A stretch of 50,129 nucleotides of DNA from Gracilinanus agilis (Eukaryota). Position numbers and translations under genes: made by a program. Shown piece after piece: positions 44,684 through 50,129 of the stretch; position 1 is the first letter of the stretch, and each line of letters begins with the position of its first letter. The stretch is taken from the NCBI RefSeq assembly GCF_016433145.1, contig NC_058133.1, forward strand, positions 250,630,020-250,680,148, given 5' to 3'. The notes below the pieces were generated by a model. That model did no database searches and was not told the origin of the DNA. It was given only the letters and a program-made list of their open reading frames with translations.

Positions 44684-47600
44684 CTACATCTTCCACTGAA
44701 CAGCGTCCTCCTCCTGACTCCAGCGTAGACGAAGTGTCTCATCTGGGTGATGGGGGGAATTTATGGGGGGTTAGGGTTAGGGAGAGTTATTGGGGATGGG
44801 GCAGGGGCGTAGAATGCAAGGGAATGGGAGTTCATTTATTACTGAACAGAATAACTCCCAAAGAATGAAAAGGAGGCTCCCATCTTCATCTCTTACTATT
44901 GTTATTCTTAATGATGTTACTTTTAGAAAGCCCCATTACACTCTTAAGGCACTTTTACATATATTATCTGTTTTGGTCACAGAAAAATTGAGGCCCAGAG
45001 AGGTAAAGGAACTTATCCAAGATCCAAAACTAGGAAGAGACCATCCTGGGATTTGAACTTGGGTTTTTCTATCTCCAAGTCCAGGGTTCTTTCCACCAAC
45101 CCATAGTAATATTTACAGTAAAGAAAACCTTTCTTCTGTTTACTGTTTTATAAGGCTGATTTGCACATGATATAAACATTGGGGTGGCAGAAGTTCTCTC
45201 ATGCAATGAGAAAGGAAGTCATTGCTGCCCCCCAACCCAGTTTAACTGTGACCTTGCAATTGCAGCATTAGTTCCCCTTCTCCCTCCCAGCATATCTCAG
45301 GTCCAACCCTGCTCTGTGACTCACGCCTTCGTTCGGGCCCTCCCGAGGCCCTCTGACTTTCCCCAGCATCTCTGTCTGGAATCCCCGAGCTCTTCCAGCT
45401 CAGTTCCTTGGTTATCAGCCAGTGACACCAGCCAGACATCACAGGGGACCCACTGCGCTTCTGGGGTAGGGCTGTGCCTGGGAAGTTGGGTGGGGAGGGT
45501 AGGAATCAGACCATGAGTTCTCTGGGCTGTCAGAAGGAAAAGAGGAGGCAGACCCTAGGGGGATCTAGAATAGGGTAATTGGGGGAAAGTTTGAGAAGGG
45601 GTTCTTGGTTGGGTGGGAAAAAAGTAGAAGGGATAGAGTTGGAACTAGAAGTAGGCAAAATAATCAGCCAACAACTGCCTATAGCATGAAGAATGGAGTA
45701 GGGAATGGAATGCATCATGTGATTTCCATTTTTTAGGATTAAAACACAACTGATATTTATGCTTCCATTTATCATTAATATTTCTGTTGGGTTTAAATGA
45801 GCTGCTAGTTGGCACAATGGATAAAGTGCATGGACCTGGAGTCAGGAAGACCTGAGTTCAAATGCAGCCTCTAACATTTATTAGCTATGTGATCCTGGGC
45901 AAATCACTTAGTCCTGTTTGTCTGGGTTTCTTCATCTATAAAATGAGCTGGAGAAGGGAATGGCAAATCACTCTGGTATCTTTGCCAAGAAAATTCCAAA
46001 TGAGATCACAAAGAGTCTGACATGCCTGAAATGACTAAACAACATTATGGCTTTAAATAATGGAAAAGTCTTTAAAACAAACAAACAAAAAAAAAAACCC
46101 AATACATATCTCTGTGGGGAAATAGGGGTGGGGGATGTGCAACAAGGGGCATTAAAAATTTTTTTTTATAAATGTCTACATTTTTAATGGCAGGAAACAC
46201 CAGTCTACTGTTCCTTAGATACTTATTTTGCATCACTAAATATTTGTGTTAAAGGGAAGACTCAAAGCCTCCCAAATACACTCACTAAGGGCATTGATGA
46301 ATCTTGACAAGGGGAAAAGGAATAAGCATTAATACCTACTAAGTGCCAGAAACTGTGCTGTGTCTCTTTCACATATTATCTCATTCGATCCTCTCAACAA
46401 CCCTGAAAGCTATTGTTCCAATTTTACAGTTGAGAAAAGAGAGTCCATGGTCACACAGCTCCTGACTGACACTAAATTTTACATCAGGTATTTCTGATTC
46501 CAGGCACTTCTCTGTCCACTCACTGTACCACCTATAAATGCATGTATATGTATGTGAGTGTGGGAGGAGTTAATGGGAAACATTCCTTAAATGGATATCA
46601 GGAAGGAACCTACCAGGAAGAGGACTGGGGTGGAAAGCAGTGATGGGTATATCTGGGGAAAGCTGGGAAAGTGGAGGGGTTTGGAGAACATAGGGAGTCA
46701 CTTAAGGATCTTCTAGGGAAGGGTAGTGTCATGGGCCCCTCACCAGGCTGAGACTGTGCTATAGTGATAGTCAGAGGCTTCTCTGTAGCCTTCTGTTCTC
46801 CATTGGATGCCTGTCCAGTAAGACCAAGCAGGTGGACTCCCTGGGAGGTCAGGGGCTTCTCTATTACCCAGGTCAATCCAGAGGTGCCTGTAAGGACCCT
46901 GGGGTTCAGATATTGGAAGGCAGGCATCTGACCCCCTAAGCCAATATCTCCACCTTCCACTCCAGTTAGTCATTACCTGGTCTGCAAATCTACTTCCCCC
47001 ATCTATACATTTAGTGAAAGGACCCCAGCTCCCACCCTGAGCCCTAACACTATAAAGTATTACAGCTAGAAGAGACCTTAAGTCACATTAAGTCTAACTC
47101 CTTTATTTAACTCATGACAAAATAAATCAGCCCAGATTACAGAATAGACTCTTGAAGGTCACACACAAAGCAAGTCAGTGCCAGAGCTGGTACTAAAAAT
47201 TCTTGGTCTTCCTGACTCCTAATCCACTGCTTCTCTCACAATTTAGGGCTGCCTCACCATCTCTCAGCTTCTTGTATCCTTTTCTAGATCTGTGGGTTTT
47301 GCCAACTTCAGGTATGTCCCTTTGCTGTAATAGTCCTGCTCTGGTAGGGGCTGGGGCAAGGTGTCTCTCTCCAACCCCCATTCAGAGGTATCTGATGATT
47401 CTTAGATTAACCAGGATCTCCTGAACATCTCTTCCTTTGTCAGATACATTCTACTCCCTACCCTTTTTCTACCTTGGCAGGTCCTAAGTCTTAAGGCATT
47501 TAACTTAAAATCCCTTGTCTAGTCTCATTTGCTTCTCTAATTTTTTATGTTTACACCAACACCTTAATTAACTGTCCCTCTTCATTGGGAAGTACCCTCT

Positions 47601-50072
47601 GAGGTCTTTATTCCCTCTCACTCTTGGATCCTCTACTCTAAAGGGGATCAGGAACATTAGGCCCCCTTCTCTGCCCAGAATCTCTTCCCCACAGAGCTTT
47701 ATAGGAGAATCTAATCTCTGTGAGAGGGGGAGTGGGAAGAAGGGGGAAGAACCATGATGCTCAATACATATATGCTCAATCAATTCCAATGTAGCAAGGG
47801 GTTGGAGTATCCTTAAGAATGGATCCTATAGCTTCATCCCATGCATATTCCAACTCTCTGCCTTCCTCACTTCCCACCCTCATTTCCTCTATCTCATTTG
47901 GGATGTTCTCATTCTTCCCTACCCCACCCTCCAATTAGAGACTGGGGCTTAGACTCAGGACTTGTAGTATATCAGCCAACCCTAGAATTTGTGCCTTAAA
48001 TAAAGATCCTGCTTTGTCTTTTCTCCTGGGGTGGAATTCGGGAGGTCATCAGGAAGTAAGACAAAAAGAGGAATGATGAATTCATAATTCCCATGAGTCC
48101 CTGATACTAATAGCAAGGCTGACTAGCCTCTAAGACTGCTACTAATGCAGTTCTTAATCAATCTCTTTCGTCCATCCCTTTCCCTCCTGTCCCCCTACTC
48201 TTAACCACCACTTTCTGTCTTTCCTTCCTTCTCTAGTTGGGAAATCCAGTTGGGATCTGGGACCACCACCACTTTCTGTCTTTCCTTCCTTCTCTAGTTG
48301 GGAAATCCAGTTGGGATCTGGGACCCTTCCATAGAGGTTAAATGAGCCAGATATTTTCTTGGGAAACCTAGAGAGAACTAACTCACCTGGGGGCTCCTCT
48401 TCATCATCCTGTACAGCTAATTTCTGAGCTTTGAGGAACTTCCCCTCATCATAGTGAGCCTTACGATGCCGCTCAAAATCATTTTGCACTGTGGGATGGG
48501 AGAGAACTAAGCCCTTGGGACCAGTAGTTGAGCCTCACCACCCCTGCCCTACCCCTTGGCTGAAAGTCTCACTTTTTTTAGATGTTAACTTGTCCTTGGA
48601 ACCTGTGTTGTTATCTCCAAACTGAAGAACTTTGGGGTAAAAACTGTCCAATGATGCAAGCCTGGGGGAAGGGGAGTGGGGGGAAGAGAGCACTGAGGGC
48701 CCTGGAGAGAGGGAAGTGGGGATGGGGGTAGGCCCTGGAGAGAGGGAAGTGGGGATGGGGGTAGTGGTGGCAGAGGGCCTCCCAATGGGGAGAGAAAGCT
48801 ACAACTCCCAATATCTCTCAAGGGCAGATGACTCTACCACCAACTGCGCCTTTATATCAGAGCCTAATGGGAGCTGTAGTTTCTTCCATTACATGGGTCC
48901 CTGAAGGGAGTCCCAATGGACCCAAGGGTTGGGTGCTGGCCAGACTCGCCTGGGTCCTTCATCAAGGAGAGCTGAGGCCAAGGAGCCCCCACCTCTCAGC
49001 AAGCGCTTCAGGTGACACTGCCTGTGAGGTCCCTGCTCTCAGATCCTCTTCACTGTCTTCCAGCCTAAGAATGTGGGGTGTGGCAGGGAAGAAAGGTGAG
49101 TGCCTTGGGAAAAAAACAAGCATCTATCCATCCAGACTGATCCCCTCCCCCCCCAACTTCTGGTGACTAGCTAAGATCTTAAGTCTGAAGCCCTAGGGGC
49201 AGGATGGGACCCTGGGGAGAAGAGTAGTATGAGGCTTGTCACAGCCAAGGTCTGTGTCCCGTTTTCCATGTACTTGGTGAATGGGGACCTGTGTTTGGCA
49301 TGTGACCTGCGGTAGGGTGTGCTGGGCTCATCCACCTTCATGAGTCCGTAGTCCTTGCCCAATGGGTGGTATGTGGCCAAGATATTCATCTCATCCCAGT
49401 GTTGGGACTTCTTCCTGGATTGGGAGAATCATGGAGAGGAGTGTCCTGAGTTCCCCTCCAGAACTCTAGTGCTTCCTTTCTCTTGTCAGCCCCCAGCCCA
49501 AGAGATCTTGAGAACACTAAGCTGGGAGTTGGTTTCTAGTATGAAGGATTCCAAGTCCAAAACAGACAACCTGGGCAAGTTAAACTCTTTTATCTCAGCT
49601 TTCTCAACTGAAGTTGGTCCATTCCCTTCAGCTTCAAATCCCTTGATCCTTCAATTTCCCTCACTCCTTTTTTGGACCTCATCTTCCAGGAGTCCTCAGG
49701 GAGTCACCCTCTTCCCTCTCTGCCTATTCCCTCTCCCACGTGGCACGCACAGTTCTTAAGGAATCCCTCCTCTCCCATCTCATCCCAACCTCTTTTTATC
49801 CCTTTCTCTTCCCCATCTCTCCGCTCCTCCCGTCTGCCCCCTTACTTCTCCCCAATGGGGACTCTCTGCACCATAATGGTGCTGGTGTTCTTCAGGATGC
49901 CCCGGGGCCGCTCATCAGTGGAGCTGGAGACTGAACATGGGCTGAGCTCCCCGGAGTGCAAGCTGGATTCGGACAAATGCAGGCTAGCGGCAGGCCCCTC
50001 CTGAGTGTCGGGCGCCGTCACGTGCAGGCCACCACCCCCTCCTGTGGCCCCCACAGCCTCCTGCTTCTCCAT
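44684..50072 (-). CDS. Protein phosphatase inhibitor-2 (PPP1R2/IPP-2 family) paralogue with long C-terminal extension, positional equivalent of mouse 2810408A11Rik; 9-exon model, about 348 aa
   Basis: Exons 50072-49846, 49414-49307, 49064-48993, 48661-48573, 48488-48387, 47350-47258, 46887-46744, 45477-45325, 44742-44684; all GT-AG, summing to 1047 nt in one open frame. I-2 motifs: [49 protein letters not shown]. Strong Kozak at 50072 (A at -3, G at +4). Exons 1-5 are well supported; exons 6-9 rest on splice sites and phase only. Confidence 0.8.
48204..48325. repeat. Perfect 61-bp tandem duplication
   Basis: 48204-48264 identical to 48265-48325. Confidence 0.95.
48698..48763. repeat. Perfect 33-bp G-rich tandem duplication
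   Basis: GGCCCTGGAGAGAGGGAAGTGGGGATGGGGGTA twice (48698-48730, 48731-48763). Confidence 0.95.
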
Positions 50073-50129
50073 CGTGCCCCTCCCCGAAGCCGGGGGCCGC
50101 CCTCAGCTGCCCCGCCCCGCCCCTCCGCC
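49970..50129. promoter_or_regulatory. Edge of a CpG-rich promoter with GC boxes; probable bidirectional promoter shared with NEURL4 beyond the window
   Basis: CpG-dense end of window with CCCGCCCCGCCCC at about 50111-50123 just upstream of ATG 50072; NEURL4 assignment is by synteny only. Confidence 0.6.

Noticed and set aside
45242-45324. Exon 8 read-through to TAA 45242 as the gene end
   Set aside because: A perfect GTGAGT donor at 45325 and an in-phase exon at 44742 followed by AATAAA give a better model; cannot be excluded as an isoform.
47622-47717. Strong acceptor at 47717 with a GTGAGA donor at 47622
   Set aside because: Open only as a phase 0-0 exon, which does not fit the phase-1 flanking donors; in phase 1 it meets a stop. 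Could be a poison exon but is unsupported.
48154-48386. Continuation of the exon 5 ORF to 48154
   Set aside because: Runs through a consensus GTGAGT donor, and its length depends on the 61-bp duplication; with one copy it stops at ESGG*.
48204-48763. CRISPR-like array
   Set aside because: Adjacent two-copy duplications without spacers in a mammalian genome.

Overview
Marsupial genomic DNA, most likely a didelphid opossum such as Monodelphis, judged from abundant young SINE1_Mdo-type tRNA/CORE SINEs, MAR1-type SINEs and opossum-type L1 3' ends. The window is syntenic with human 17p13.1 and holds four minus-strand genes in tandem: (1) an intron-containing protein phosphatase inhibitor-2 (PPP1R2/IPP-2 family) paralogue, modelled by hand as 9 coding exons at 44684-50072, about 348 aa, in the position of mouse 2810408A11Rik; (2) ACAP1, 22 coding exons at 20714-43990, 741 aa; (3) single-exon KCTD11 at 17609-18427; (4) TMEM95, 7 exons at about 12136-14204. 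Bases 1-12000 appear to be repeat-rich intergenic DNA. Best leads: the I-2 paralogue, whose exon 6 carries a duplicated HYxEG-like helix in a reading frame the splice phases do not use; KCTD11 with a conserved AUU start, an extra in-frame AUG and a 984-nt AUG-free leader; absence of the ACAP1 Akt site (human S554); a cryptic acceptor that would fuse the I-2 paralogue in frame to ACAP1; and a TSD-flanked composite SINE hairpin downstream of TMEM95. All exon models were built by eye from GT-AG sites, phase continuity and recalled protein homology; no alignment or database search was run.
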